NCBI GenBank assembly: GCA_951406725.2
Contig: OX597829.1
Coordinates: 7,130,001-7,194,000 of the forward strand
DNA from: Octopus vulgaris
Taxonomy: Eukaryota
DNA: 64,000 bases
Reading direction: 5' to 3'
Under the pieces are notes generated by a model. The model ran no database searches. It was given only the letters and a program-made list of their open reading frames with translations, and was not told where the DNA came from. Shown here in pieces: positions 1-13,969 of the stretch (position 1 is its first letter; each line of letters starts with the position of its first letter). The translations under genes and the position numbers were made by a program.

Positions 1-55
1 TTGTATGAATGTCAGATGGCTTTATTTTCATTAATTTTGTAAATGAAAAATTTAA

Positions 56-237
56 GGCGGTGAGATATCAGAATTAGCCAAAATGTTTAGCAGCATTTCT
101 TCCGGCTCTGTACGTTCTGTGTTTAAATTCCACCGATTTCGACTTTGACTTCATCCTTGAGAAGTCGATAAAATAATAGCAGATGGACACCGAAGTCGAT
201 GCAATAGATTTATTCCTTGTGCAAGCAATTTTAGAGG
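56..237 (+). mobile_element. Degenerate SINE, family A
   Basis: Diverged match (tacgttctgtgtttaaattccaccg...gactttgacttcatcc) to the better-preserved copies at 6991-7236 and 30814-31045. Confidence 0.6.
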
Positions 238-361
238 AGCGGTAAGTTAATTTTCTCCCATTCAAGTTACTAATTCAAATTACGAGAAATCCAAACGAAT
301 TAATTTTAAATTCTAATCATTGTTGTTTAGTGTCATATAAATAAAGATGTTCTCGCCATGA

Positions 362-409
<48 letters not shown>

Positions 410-937
410 CCCTCTTTTCTCTCTGCCTACTGGTGACACGTGACCCGTGGCCGGCCTTTCTTGCTCTACTGTTTTTACTCCAGTTGCGTAGTTAACCGGT
501 CCTAAATTTTTGGGGGCCCGACTGCACCCGTCTTCTTTTGGCCCTGAGGATGTATTCTGGTCGTTTCGTATTTATTTCGTCTTTGTCTTTCGTCCATCCT
601 CTTAAATTACATTCATTCACTTTCGTAAGTCTACTTCTGTATTGCCTGCTATCCATGTATTGTTTGCTCTCAGTCCAATATTCTCCGCAACTTTCGCGGG
701 CACCACCGGCATGGGAAGCATCTTAGTCTTATTATCAACTGTGCGAAACTGAGTAATAATGGATGATAACCGATGAAGGATTAGGAACCTCCTATGTCTG
801 TTTCTCGTCCGTTTGTGCACTCAATATACGTTTTCCCGTCCGTCTGTCGCTTGTTCATTAACTACACAGTTTTTCACTTTAGCGAAGTCTATATTTCTGC
901 CTTTTGGTTCAGAAATTGCGAATAAGCCGCCTATATT

Positions 938-1076
938 ATACATACATACGTACGTACATACATACACACACATACATACGTACATACTTACACACACACA
1001 TACATATACACATACATACATACATACATACATACATACATACATACATACATACATACATACATACATACATACA
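938..1076. repeat. (TACA)n microsatellite
   Basis: Direct tandem tetranucleotide repeat; explains the HTYI/MYVC ORFs. Confidence 0.95.
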
Positions 1077-1119
1077 AGAAAATGTTGGATAAAAAATAAC
1101 TGCTTACTTTGAGAGCAAC

Positions 1120-1700
1120 ATTCCCTAAAATCCAACCAGTATGTCTTTCAGTTTAATAGAGATCACTCGACTGGTTGCCTACTTAGCACATCTATACTAA
1201 TTCATGAAATTTTAAATGTTTTGGAAGAGACACGTTCACAGAGGTCATATTCTTTGACTTCAGTAAGGCCTTCGACAAATCTTACGTTAGTATTCTGTTA
1301 CATTCCACAGAATCCTCTAAAACCCAGCATAAACCCTTAGTTGTTTTCTCGAAGGTACTATACAAGATTTTCTTCTTTCCTTTATTTTTTCATATCTGGC
1401 TTCCGCAGGTGACTGTAAGGTTTAAAAGTTATCAGTGGAGGTGATGCGCTGATAAAACTCCAATCTGACCTACATGGTGTAATTCAGTTGTGCAAACCAG
1501 TAATTGTCTGTAAACAAGATGTCTTTGGAAGCATCCACTCTGAAAAAGAGAATGTAAATGATATCTTCTTTCCTTTGTTGAATGTCTCCTGGTGAAATCT
1601 CAGTTGATAACAACATCAACAATAATATTTAAATGTATCACTGGTTGAGCTCTTAACATCTCAGGTCATTGGCCATATAATATTACCTTTGCACAGACCA
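1120..1700 (+). pseudogene. Decayed CR1/Jockey-type LINE reverse transcriptase fragment
   Basis: 1241-1279 translates EVIFFDFSKAFDK (RT DxSKAFD motif); LQSDL motif near 1458; frameshifted. Confidence 0.65.
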
Positions 1701-2225
1701 AGCTATATTTCATTTCCTTCTGAATTTCTCCTCGTTCTGAATTGAGGGAAACATAAATGAAGATTGCATTCAGTTTTCATTATTGGGATCGCGTTAAAAT
1801 ATTCTGCAGAATTTTACTTCTAAATATTTTCCTTTCTACCCACTATTAATACATATAAAAAGTAAGCATAATCTTTCTTCTATACTCCCCTCTCTTAAAA
1901 GAAAATGGACTTTTTAATCGAACCTATTGCGAGCGAACATACACCGCTGATGAAGTCATACAAGATAGAATCATTCCTACTACCTTTACGAATTGGCTAC
2001 GATGACAAGGCCCAGTTACCAAAACTTTGAATAAGTTAACATTCTAAAAGTGCCTTCTTGGTTTTTACTTTAACGGTATTAATAACCCTAAAAGGGAGGT
2101 TTTGCATTATCTCCGAATGTTTTCTTGTCCCTATATGCCCAGTGAAATTGTATGAATATATGTGCATGAATGGGAGTATATGAGTGAATGTATATTGTAT
2201 TCACACATGTATTTATATATGTATG

Positions 2226-3492
2226 TACTAGAGTTGCCAGCAAAGTTCATGGGCTGATCACGATAGACTTATGGAAGGCGACCAAACGAGGTTTATTTTT
2301 CAACATAGAACCGTTTGCAGTCTACATACTTCTCCCATCAGTGTTGTGTGGATCCCGTTGGTGAATAAGTTTTCGTCTTGTTGGTCAAAAACGTCATCAA
2401 AGGCAGATATGACGTGATTATCACTGCAATAGTGGTTCCCAGACAAGTATTTCTTCATGTTAAGGAACAGATAATACTTAGACGGAGCCAAATTGGGAGA
2501 AGAGCGAGGATCATCAACTAGTTCAAAGCTACAGTCACGCACAGTAGCAATTGCAACGAATGATTTGTGTGCTGGAGCATCATTCTGATGAAGCAAGACT
2601 TTTTTCATCATTTTCCTGGGAGTTCGGGCTTGATAGCCTTTCGTACCTGCCTCGGCAAATTGGTATGTGGACCTTTTTAAAATATCCATTGGTTAAGTGG
2701 ACCTTTTAAAAATAATCAATAAACAACACATGTTGCATCCCAAAAAACTGAAGCTATCATCTTTTCTTCAGATGAAATGATCTTCATTGAGCAGGTGAGT
2801 AGGGATGTTTCTCTTGTATGGCTTTCTCTTTCTCTCTGGCTAAAAGTGATGAACCTAACACTCATCCTCGGTTAGATAACGTTCAAGTAAACCACTTGGT
2901 TCTATCTCAAACAACGTCAGATTTTCCCGTGATATGACCAGCCTGGTGTGCTTTTGATCAGGTGTCAAGTGTCATGGGACCCACCGAACAAGGAACCTTC
3001 GTCATGCCAAGTTCAATGTGCAGAATATTCTTAAGTCTCTCACGGTATATGCTAATAGCATTGAGTTTTAATCTATAGTCAATCAGCTGTCATCCATCAG
3101 CATGTGATGATCATGACCAATGTTTTCTTCAGTGAAGAGAGTTTCAGGACGTTCCGACCTTGGGTCATCTTCAAGTCACTCCATTCCCCTCCTAAATTCA
3201 GCTTCCCACTTTTGCACTGTCGACAAAACTTGAGCATCATCCCCTAATGTAGCAATCATGTCACTATTAATGTCCTTTAGGACTAAACCAATTCTCTTAT
3301 GCCAACTCTTGTCAATTTTCAAGAGAAATCGCAGCTATTAATTTTGAAATCGTATTTGAACGGTTAGACATTAATTTACTTTGAAAGGAACAGCTATTAA
3401 TATGGAGAGATGAAATTAATGCGTCCAACACTTTACAGCTCTTGCATAAATCCCTTATAGTCATTCCATGAACTTTTCAGCCCACCCTTGCA
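2226..3492 (-). mobile_element. Mariner DNA transposon, full-length relic (~1.27 kb)
   Basis: ORF 2300-2689 has LLHQNDAPAH and SPNLAPSKYYLF (mariner HDNAPAH / SPDLAPSDY); degenerate TIRs (aaagttcatgg / ccatgaacttt). Confidence 0.9.
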
Positions 3493-4779
3493 TGTATGTA
3501 TGTATATATTTACATATATATGCTTTTATGTATGTATGCATGTATGTATGCATGCATGCATGTATATATATATATAAGTAATGATATATGCATGTATGAA
3601 TGTGCATATGGACGTGTTGATGCGTTCATTTCTATTATACTATAAATCTAAGGAACGTTTTTTGTACTTTAATTTTAATTGAAACAGTCTATTCTATATA
3701 TAATTGGTTTCATATATGTTTTCCTTTAATTAAACATTCTGTTACAATGAAGTTTTCGAGTATATTATCTGGTTTATACACTTGAAAATATTCAAATAGA
3801 AATTTTTTCCTATACAAATTCATAATCAAAAACACGTTGGCTTCCCAATCACACACCTATTCTCTCTATATATATCTCTCTCACACTCTCCCTCTCTCAC
3901 TCTCTCTCTCTTTCCCTCTCTTTCACACACATACGCGCGCGCGCACACACGAACACAGAAAGAAACATTTTGCACACGGTCTTTTGACATGTTATGGTTT
4001 CTTTACAATCACCGACGGCAGTTCACGTTTTTGATTTGCATTTACTTCAAAGATAATAATGTATGCCAAGTTTCGAAAATATATTGTTACTAATTACAGT
4101 TCAATTTTTTTGTTATTCTAATTCATTCTTTTGACTTGTTTTAAAACAAGCCTACATGTCTTGAAAATATTCGTAAAGAATTTTACGTACAATTTTTTAC
4201 AATTTTTATTACAATCCAAAGTTTCACTTTTGTTCCAATAGAATTTCTAAAACACACGCACACTCATACCCTCTCTCTCTCTCTCTGCCTCACGCACACA
4301 TACAGTAAGACATACAGCACACACGGTGCGCACAAATACACATCATGCACACATATACAGCATGCACACATATACAGCATGCACACACTTACACATTCAC
4401 ACGCATACACGCACTCTCTCTGTCATTAACAAACACCAATTATCCACTCTCTCACACACACAGCATAACATACGCGTACATATAACACACACACACACAT
4501 ACACATGCACTCTCACACATATACTCTCATATACATATGCAGAACACAGACGTACAGCACTCACAGTGCGCACGCTTACACACACACACACACACAGCTA
4601 TTTAATTTTGCATAGATTAATACACAATTTCATGTTTTAAATTATACTTTTTTCATTTTTATATAATTTACAGTTCAAGTTTGCACTATTACAATACACG
4701 CTTACTTACTTTTTTTTATTTTATCACTTTGTTGATATGTTTTGACTTACCTAATTACAATATTGCATTCATTTCATCT

Positions 4780-5340
4780 ATACGACATTCAAAAATCCAA
4801 CAGGATTGTTCTCTTTGAATTGTATCCTGATTCCTGTCAATGAAATGTTGAGAAAAATCAATCCAGCGTATACGAGGTGTTTTCAAGGAACAATGAAAGA
4901 ATACCGTTAGTTCAATTTCATGAGTGAAAGAGGTAATAACTTCCATTTTCCTACAGAATTCGTTGATTCACTTGAACTATACGGATGGCTCGCATGAAAT
5001 CGAATTCAAGAGAGGCTTTCCCATAATTTCAATGAGAAACTTAGATCTTCCATTACATTGAAATCGATGATCGTGTATGAAATGCACGACAATCAAATCA
5101 CAGTATAGATCAATGTTTGTACATTGAGAAACAACATTGTCATGCCTCCTCGAATCGAACTAAGCTCAATATATCGGAAAGTTTGATTCGATGTATTAGT
5201 TCCGTGGACACAGCTACCGATACAGCTGTGTTTAGCTAAAGATAAAGCGCCAAGACAGATCTTGCAGAATGACTTAAATTATCTTCAACAACCTGTATGC
5301 CAGTATACTCAGGTGTGTGTGGTTTTATGCCAGGGAATAA
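4780..5340 (+). pseudogene. Helitron Pif1-type helicase C-terminal relic
   Basis: Manual translation with frameshifts: FPTEFVDSL, HEIEFKRGFPIISMRNLD, MPPRIELS, QLPIQLCLAKDKAPRQILQNDLNYLQQPVCQYTQVCVVL; collinear with Pif1/Helitron FPTEFLNSL..PIILLRNLD..QFPIRLAFAMTINKSQGQTL..PVFSHGQLYVALSR. Confidence 0.75.
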
Positions 5341-5399
5341 AGGATGAACGTGTTCTTGAAAAAACACCAGAAATGTTGCCATAAAAAGCGTTCTCCTTT

Positions 5400-5600
5400 A
5401 AACGGCCAAGAAAAATACAATTGTCTTTCTCCTTTAATATGGAAAGCATTATTTAAACCCTATCACACAATGCAATGATATTCACAATCTCCTTCATGCC
5501 TTTGACAGATCACAATTATTTGGATAGTTCCAATTAAAGAAATCAAGAAGATCTAAGTTTCTCATTGAAATTATGGGAGACCCTCTCTTCAATTCCAAGT
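5400..5600 (-). pseudogene. Second, inverted Helitron helicase fragment
   Basis: 5546-5600 is the reverse complement of ~4995-5050 and reads LELKRGSPIISMRNLD on the minus strand. Confidence 0.65.
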
Positions 5601-5639
5601 CATCGTATAAATATGCAATTTCTATCATATTTTGCAGGA

Positions 5640-6787
5640 TTTTAAAATGTCAAATGGTATTGATCGAAAATCACATGAATTTGGAAACCTTTAACTTAAT
5701 ATAATTTCATTTTTCAGAATAATCTGAGATAATCACTAATATTAACCCCTCAAAGATGGACGAATCGAAGGAGCATTTAATACATTTAAGGCAGAAACAA
5801 CCCGACATTATTTATTGTTCATGGGAAAGAATGCTTGAACGAAAGACGTTGCAGAAAATGGTTTGCAGAATTCAAAAATGGTGATTTCAGTCCAAGAGAG
5901 AGGCCACGAATAAGATGCTCTTTGAATTTGTTGATGAGCTTCTTTCGGTTGAGAAAGATAATACTGCATAAGTTGAGGAATTGACAACAAAATTCAGTTC
6001 AAGCTACTCGTCTGTTTACCACTAACTTCAACAGCTTGGAAAGGTGCCCAAACTCGTAAAATGGGTTCCCCATTATTTGAAAGAAGCCAACCAAACATCA
6101 CGAATGGACATCTGTTCATCTATTCACTCGCGTGAGAGTATCAAACTATTTTTGAACAGATTTTTTATGAAAATGTTAAGTGACGAAGGCAACGGCTTAG
6201 GAGAACAGGTTAAATCACAACCCAAAAAGAACCTCCATGCAAAAAAAAGTTTTTTCTGTTTGGTGAGGTTGTATTGGGGTGATCCACTTTGAGCTGCTAC
6301 CAACTAAAGCAACAATTACTACTCAAACCCATCGCCAACAATTAGAGCTTTTGGATGCTGCTTTGAAAAAAAGGTCTGCGTTGGCAAATCGTAAGGGAGT
6401 GGTGTTTCACCATGGCAACGTAAAACCCCACACTGCAAAGATTGCATCAGAAAAAAATCGAAGAACCCGGCTGGGGAAAAATCCCTCACTCACCTTACTC
6501 CCCGAACCTTGCTCTTTCTGATTACCATTTGTTTTGAAGATTAGAAAATCACTTAGACGGATTCGTACGCAAAATCCTCAACGAATTCGAAACTGACCAC
6601 TCTTCCTTATTCTCATCACAGCCAAAAGAGATTTTCACCAATAAAGTTCAAAACACGATGTCTTGATGGAAGGAAGTCATCGATAATGATGAAAATTATA
6701 AACAGATTAAAATTTTAATACAATATAAAAGCAGATCACCGTTTTCTTACCCGAAATTCGGATATTACTTGATACGGGATGGCTTGA
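5640..6787 (+). mobile_element. Mariner transposon relic
   Basis: MDESKEH start near 5756; KWVPHYL (WVPHEL), IHFELL, VVFHHGNVKPH and pYSPNLALSDYHLF motifs across frameshifts. Confidence 0.9.
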
Positions 6788-6880
6788 CACATGCATAAAT
6801 GCAATTCAACTTATCTACAAATAAATCCGTGCATTTTTACTGCTTAACTCCGGGTAACAAAGCGTAGCAAACATTTAAAA

Positions 6881-8030
6881 TGCAGAGGGGCTGCCCAAAA
6901 CTAACCGGTAACGTTCTCAGTGGGACAAGCTCGTTGTAGCTGAGGCCCGCGCCGCCAGGAACTACTTGATGCCATTCTCAGGCGTCACTCTTATTTCTTC
7001 TTTCTTGTTGCTTTATTGCCCACAAGGAGCTAAACATAGAGGGGACAAACAAGGACAGACAAACGGATTAAGTCGATTACATCGACTCCAGTGCTCAACT
7101 GGTACTTTATTTATCGACCTCGAAAGGATGAAAGGCAAAGTCAACATCGGCGGAATTTGAACTCAGAACGTAGCAGCAGAGGAAATATCGCTAAGCATTT
7201 CGCCCGGCGTGCTAATGATTCTGCCAGTTCGCCGCCCTCAGGCGACCATCTGCCGACCGGCGTCGTCGTGTGTCGAACTGTCACACTGTGCCTCTTGGTT
7301 TCACAGTGCATCTACTCTGTTCGATTTTTGCGATGGCTGAAACGAAGAAACATCTCCTTGAAATTCTGTTTACTGCTGGTGAAAATAGCGACCGAAGCAA
7401 TTATCATGTTTCAAACAATTTACAAGGACTCTGTGCCATGAAACACACGTTTACGAGTGGTTTTTACGCTTATGGAAAGGTTACTTGTCGCTTGAAGACC
7501 AATCTCGTTCAGGACGAGCCATTGGCCTCCCGAAAAAAATGATAACATCACGAGAATTACTGAACTGATCTTGGAGGACCGTCGTCGAACAATCGACGAA
7601 GTTGTTGATATGAATGATGTGTTCTGGAGCTCTTCCAAATGAATTTCGAGCGATGAATCACGATTGAAAAGATCTGCAGCAAAATTTGTGCTCACAAACG
7701 ATCAAAAGTAGTCACGACTAAAAGCGTGTCGTGATCTGAAAGAATAGGTGGCAATTGATTCGGACCTTTTTTTCAAAGGTTATCACTGGTGGCGAAAGCT
7801 GGTGCTACGGTATTTGCAGATGTGGAAGATGTGCAGAAAAACGACGAAGGCATTAACAGGCATCATCTCGCAAGAATTCCACGACTGCTTCGAATAGTGA
7901 AAAACGCGTCTGGATCGATGCATTGCTTCAAATGGAGAATACTTGCAAAGGGATAAAAGTGTAAACATGTAAAACCGAGTGAATAAATTAACATTGCAAA
8001 ACTCCGGTTCCTTTTGGTTACACGGTCGTA
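6881..8030 (+). mobile_element. Internally deleted mariner element interrupted by a SINE
   Basis: Mariner N-terminal HTH (RNISLKFC..ATEAIIMFQ), AAKFV and ITGGESWCY, C-terminal RCIASNGEY; degenerate TIRs at 6881-6910 and 7999-8030. Confidence 0.85.
6991..7236 (-). mobile_element. SINE family A, full length, nested in mariner
   Basis: Near-identical to 30814-31045; flanking CTCAGGCG direct repeat (6977-6984 / 7237-7244) is a TSD remnant. Confidence 0.9.
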
Positions 8031-8097
8031 TACATTCTGTCGGAATTTTTATAACCTTTTCAATAGTATTGTAAAAGTGTTGAACAATTCAAATATT

Positions 8098-8223
8098 ACA
8101 GGTGTGACTGTGTGGCAAGCAGCTTGCTTACCAATCGCATGGATCCGGGATCAGTCTATAGCCTCGGGCCGACCAAAGTTTTGTGAGTGGATTTGGTAGA
8201 CGGAATCTCAAAGACACCAGTTG

Positions 8224-8225
<2 letters not shown>
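8098..8225 (+). mobile_element. tRNA-derived SINE family B, truncated
   Basis: Matches the 5' half of the copy at 44877-45271. Confidence 0.8.
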
Positions 8226-8260
<35 letters not shown>

Positions 8261-8312
8261 ATACATATACATACATATATATATACATATATATACATAC
8301 ATATACACATAT

Positions 8313-8387
<75 letters not shown>

Positions 8388-8388
<1 letters not shown>

Positions 8389-8864
8389 GATTGCAGCGTG
8401 GAAGGTGTTTATAAGCCATTTAAGAAACACACAAAATCGTTAGATTCATTTCAACTTTTAAATTTAATTTGTCAAAATATTTTCGTCGCTTTCAGACCGC
8501 GACCTCTTCACTGACAAAACTTCGTGCTGCATCTGAGAAAGTAACAGTTAGTTCATGATATATATATGTACGTATGTATTTGTGTGTGTATGTATGTATG
8601 TATGTATGTATATATGTATGTATCTATGTATGCATGTGTGTGTGTGTATGTATGTATGTATGTATGTACTTATGTACTTACGTACGTATGTGAGTATTTA
8701 GGAGAGTGTGTAGACGTGTCTCTGTGTGTGTACATGTGTATGTACATGTGAACGTATGTTTATGTAATGATATGTGTCAGTTCAAGTTGTATACATGACT
8801 GTTACCTTGTTGAAGGCTGTATATATATACACACATACATTTATATAGACACACACATATATAA

Positions 8865-8896
<32 letters not shown>

Positions 8897-8970
8897 CTGT
8901 GTGTGTGTCTGTGTGTGTTTGTGTGATTGTCCCTCTCACTACCGTCTAACGGTGAATGGATACAACGTCG
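8388..8970 (-). mobile_element. Non-autonomous HHR-bearing repeat (family H1), copy 1
   Basis: Near-identical blocks at 14622-15262, 52000-52380 and (inverted) 58003-58121; starts at a (TA)n edge. Confidence 0.85.
8468..8518 (-). ncRNA. Minimal type I hammerhead ribozyme motif (G3, G8)
   Basis: Minus strand: TTTGTCA-GTGAAGA-G-GTCGC..GCGAC-GAAA-ATAT-TT-TGACAAA (7-bp stem I, 5-bp stem II, palindromic loop III). Confidence 0.65.
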
Positions 8971-8971
8971 A

Positions 8972-8993
8972 CAGATAGATAGATAGGTAGATG

Positions 8994-9076
<83 letters not shown>

Positions 9077-9114
9077 GGATAGATATATAAATAGATGGAT
9101 GGATAGACAGATAG
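8972..9114. repeat. (GATA)n microsatellite
   Basis: Tandem repeat. Confidence 0.95.
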
Positions 9115-9339
9115 GCATGCGGTTTTATATGTAAGAAATATATAACTATTTATGAGTGCATATATGTGATTGTATGTGTACGTACACACACGTACGTACA
9201 TACATACATACATATACATATATATATATGTGTGTGTATGTGTGTGTGGGTGTGTGTGTTTGTTATATAATCATTATTTCTATAGTTACAAAACGAAAGC
9301 AACCGAAGAAGTTAATACGGATTAATTTCCCTGCTATAA

Positions 9340-9379
<40 letters not shown>

Positions 9380-9453
9380 CTTTTATATGAGTGTGTTTGG
9401 ATGTACGCGGTTGTGTGTGTGTGTGTGTACGCGCGCGTATGTGTATGCGCTCA

Positions 9454-9509
<56 letters not shown>

Positions 9510-10671
9510 GTATATTCTTATATGTAAATGCATACATGCATAGGTATATACACAGATTTATATATATATACATATATGCATATATGTGTGTATATAAAGC
9601 CTGTACATAACTATAAAAAGAATTGAAAAGAAAAGGTAATTGATCGGGCTGTGAAAGGAGTTAAGAGTTGTTTTTAAAACAATTGCTATGGCGAGTCTCT
9701 CATCACAGTAGGGTGTATCGAGATGCAATAGTCGTTTGAAATATAAAGGAATTAGCCAGATTATAAACATTGTTGGAAAATTAACTGGTTTACAGAATTA
9801 GCTAGTGGAAATGTCATGAGGAAGGAGTGAGTTATAACTGACAGTGTACATACGGAAGTAACAAATCTTACATGAGAATCTTTCTCAAAGCAAGAAAAAA
9901 TAAAAAAGTAAATAAATGAGAAATCGAATGCGAGCTCAAGCACAAATAGACAATAGATTGTTCAAAACGAGTGAACTCGTGATAGAAAATAGGTTCAGGA
10001 AATATATGAGATTGGACCCCAAGGATTGACAGAAATCTTTAAAAGTGTCTATCAAGAAGCTATTGAAGCTTACCTAAAGAGTAAGTAATTGTCAAACGGA
10101 TTAGAAACCATATAGGGAGAATGAGGCAGAGCAATGTAAACGATAAACAATCTCATATTGTATGAAATAAGTTTTTAAGTAAAACATTTCGGGTAAGCAA
10201 TTCCAGACGTAAAAGAATGTAATGAATGTGGATTAAAGCAGGTAAGAAAAGATCAGTGTCAGCTAGAAAATCCCCGGCATATAGGATTTTCTTTCACTTC
10301 ACTTTCTACCAACTAATTCAGCACTGGCTAGGAAGAACCTTCATACCGTTCTGTGGGCAGCGACACCAAAATCTTACTCTTTCACTCTTCATCTTTATTT
10401 CTCTCTTCATCTATTTCTCTCTCCCTCTCTCATTCTCTCTCTCTCTCTCCTCCCTCTTTTTCTCTCTATCTATCTCTCTGTCGTTCTCTTTTCCTCTATT
10501 TGTTCCTCTCCATCACATATTCTTTTCATACTTTGTCTTTCATTGTCAGTTTTTTTTTCTTTTTTATCTCCCATTCCATATATTTCCCCTATCACTTTCC
10601 CTGAGCCACATCTATTTACTTTTCTTTGCAATTTCTACTACCACTACTACTAATTCTCTCTCTCTCCCTCT

Positions 10672-10716
<45 letters not shown>

Positions 10717-11912
10717 TCTCTCGCTCTGTTCTATCTTTCTTTCCATTTTCATCTTTGTTTTAGTTCTTTCTGTATATATTATGTTTGTTTAATTGTTTGT
10801 TTGGTTTCTTTCTCTGTCACTTCCCTTCTAATCCTATTCTACTTGTATGTGATTTTAAAATATACAGGACAGTGTATGTGCCTACACGACTTACGTATAT
10901 TTTTCTTCACGAATGAATACAACTATTTAGTGAAAAGGCCATCAGCGGTAGATTGGGTCCACGTTTTTCTCGGACAAGTGCAAAGAAAAACAACGAAATG
11001 GGTCAAGTTTTCTCCGCTAAAATGGACAACAAATTCCACTAATGTTCTACAATACTATGTTCACCGCCAGACTAGGTTCTCTTTGCATGACAGAAATACC
11101 TGCAACGAATACCTTCACGCCTGTCGCATACTAAAGCTGCTTTGAAAAATCACCTAAAACGTCAAAAATAATGGCAATAATATCAAATATATTAAAAGAT
11201 AACCATGATAGGAAGAGCAAAAAAAAGGAGAGCAATATACAAGAAAACAGGGACAGCAAAATCATAGACACACGTCTGAGGGAGACAGAATATGCAGAAT
11301 CAAAATTTGAAATATTTCGTAAATACATGAAAAAATATAAGGAATCTTTCCTCACAACCATCCAGATAGCTACCCATCCAGGCAGTAATCCCACCCATCA
11401 ACCCAACCATCAATCCATTTATTAAAACAGTCAGCTTAACTGTTATCAAAATGAATTCCACTTATTAATTTAATTCTTGATAAACCTTGACGAATCAAAA
11501 GAAGGTTGTACAGGTATGAACATTCCAGTATTTTCTCTTTTCTTCCTGGTTACGTAAAGGATTCACTTGTGAATTAGCAAGGAATTCTATCCCTTAGCCA
11601 GGTGACTCGCAAGAAACAGTACCTAAATGCACACTACTGACTTAAAAATTGAATGAGATATTCGATAATGTAGACTTTGAACCGCAAAGACGCAATGGAA
11701 ACCATTATTGTGATAGATATATTTGATCAGAACTAGTCTGAATATTAACAAAAGTAACATCAAAACTTGAATATATATTTTTTCCTCTTTTTGTACATAA
11801 AAATAGGCATGAACATTACAACTTATTCTTATCACAAATTTGAGATTTGCAAATTTCAGAATAATTGCCGCCGAAGTGAAGCAGTAACCATCATTTGGTG
11901 TGACTGAGACAA

Positions 11913-12137
11913 TGAGCTGGCAGAATCTTTACCACACTGGACTAAATACCAAGCGGAATTTTGTCAGTCTTTACGTTCTGAGTTCAAATTTCGCCAAGGT
12001 GGCTTTGCCTTTCGTCATTTTGGGGGCATCACAAAATAAGTACCATTTGAACATGGAGTCGAAGTAATCGATCCCCCACCACACACACATACACACAAGA
12101 AATTGCTGGCCTTGTGCCAAAATTTGAAATCATTATT
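11913..12137 (+). mobile_element. SINE family A, diverged
   Basis: gagctggcagaatc...acgttctgagttcaaatttcgcc...ctttgcctttc. Confidence 0.8.
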
Positions 12138-13518
12138 TAGTGCGATTAAAGCAGTAGGACAGCAGAATCGTTAGCAAGCCGGATAAACTGCAATAACAAT
12201 AGTCCAGAGTCTTTATAATTTTCATTGCAGTGCTGTTGAAGCAATGGAGAATTGAGCGAATCGATTTTGTTTGCTGCTGTCATAAGATTGTTCATTGATT
12301 TGTTATGTCTACCACTTAGGTTATTTGCAGTGTATGCAAACACACTAGTTATAACATTTTCAATAAACTGAAGAAGCATCGATGACAACCTAACGCTGAC
12401 GCTGCTCTACCTACTGCTCAAAACCGAAATACTGACCAGTTTTTCATATCTGTTTCGAGTTGCCCTACAAATAATAGTTGTGGATGGAACCAAACGCCAA
12501 TCTTTGACGAAGCAAACTCAACCAAGAAGCAAACTTCTATTCCTTTGCAAAGAGAAATTATCTAACTTTGAGCTAAACTTGGTTGCGTTGTGTACGTTGC
12601 ACAATGTATCATAAATGTTACAGATTTCCAGATTTTGGAACACATTTTAGTATACATAGAAAATATTTCGTACTTGCACAGCTTTATTCAAAGTTAAAAT
12701 CCCGCTTCCCAGAGAAATTTCGATTTATGCATGAAACCTTTTCATTTCTTTTTTTCTTCTGTAAAAATACAACTTACAAGGGTTTCAAAATGTGAAATAT
12801 AACATCAGGAAAAATTACAAAAAAGACAAAATTAGTGGTGGCCTGCGTCGATAGATCAAATGATGAGCTGGTCGGTAGACGTTTGAAAAATTACGGATTA
12901 AACAGTTTTATTTTAATGAGTCAGCTTGTAATTATTTTGAATTATAAAACGTGGAAAAATACCAAAAAGAATCCGAGGAATTCTTATTAATGTAAGACAG
13001 TCATTCTGAAAGTATGAGAAATATATAATTAAATGCCATTTTTTAAAAACAAAATATTGTTAATGATACAGTTTATAAAATATACATTTCAAAACCTCGT
13101 CGTAAACATAAAAAATCAGGCAAATCGAGCTGTAAAATGAACTGCAGCTTTAACTCCACTAACCATGATTATACTGCTTAATATGTTTAACAGTTATTTT
13201 AATCGAAGTATGAGTCTACTGGGCCGGGTCAATATTTAAAACAAATATGCGAAAAGAAATTCTAAACTTTGATGCAGAAAATTTATAGAGGTTATATAAA
13301 TTTTGTAAACCAATCTTAATTTAGAACAAAAATCAAAATACCAATTATGGAAGATATGAAGAAGCTCTTGTAAAAATTGTAAAGCTACAAACTGAAGAAA
13401 ACAGTGGTGCTAATACTTCGTAGTTAAAATCCTAAAGTGATATATATATACAGAACGCCATGTTGGATCGTTAGCCCCTACACGCAATTTTTTTATCTCC
13501 TTGTTTTTTTTCTGTGTA

Positions 13519-13556
13519 TCTTTCTGTCGAGGAGCGTAGGCTCGAAACGTAAAAGA
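13519..13556 (+). ncRNA. Minimal hammerhead-like motif (A6U variant)
   Basis: TCTTT-CTGTCGA-G-GAGC-GTAG-GCTC-GAAA-CG-TA-AAAGA; decayed sister copy at ~42410-42440. Confidence 0.55.
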
Positions 13557-13837
13557 CTTGTTCTATTTCTATTCCTGAGCGCCATACAAATACATTATTT
13601 GTTTGTACTCCACCTGCCTTCGTCTTTTGTTTATTTTCGTAAACCTGTCTTCGTCTTTTGTTTATTTTCGTAAACCTTCCGTTATATATATACATATACA
13701 TAATGCATAAATATATATATGTATAATTTCGTAAACCTTCCGTTATATATATACATATACATAATGCATAAATATATATATGTATAATATATATTTCTTC
13801 TTAATTAATATCCATCTATATATATATATATATATAT

Positions 13838-13969
13838 ATACAAATTTAAAGGACTGAACACGAAAAGTGGTGGACAGTCAACATGCTAGATATAGACGTC
13901 AAATCGCTATTTTCCATCTAGCATGTTGACTGTCCACCACTTTTCGTGTTCAGTCCTTTAAATTTGTAT
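13838..13969. repeat. Perfect 54-bp inverted repeat with 24-nt loop
   Basis: 13838-13891 is the reverse complement of 13916-13969. Confidence 0.95.

Noticed and set aside
9610-10100. Possible very old Penelope RT (IAMASLSS, INWFTELASG)
   Set aside because: Motif resemblance too weak and too interrupted to call
13619-13790. Local tandem duplications (~31 bp and 61 bp)
   Set aside because: Ordinary slippage duplications at a repeat tail; no further structure
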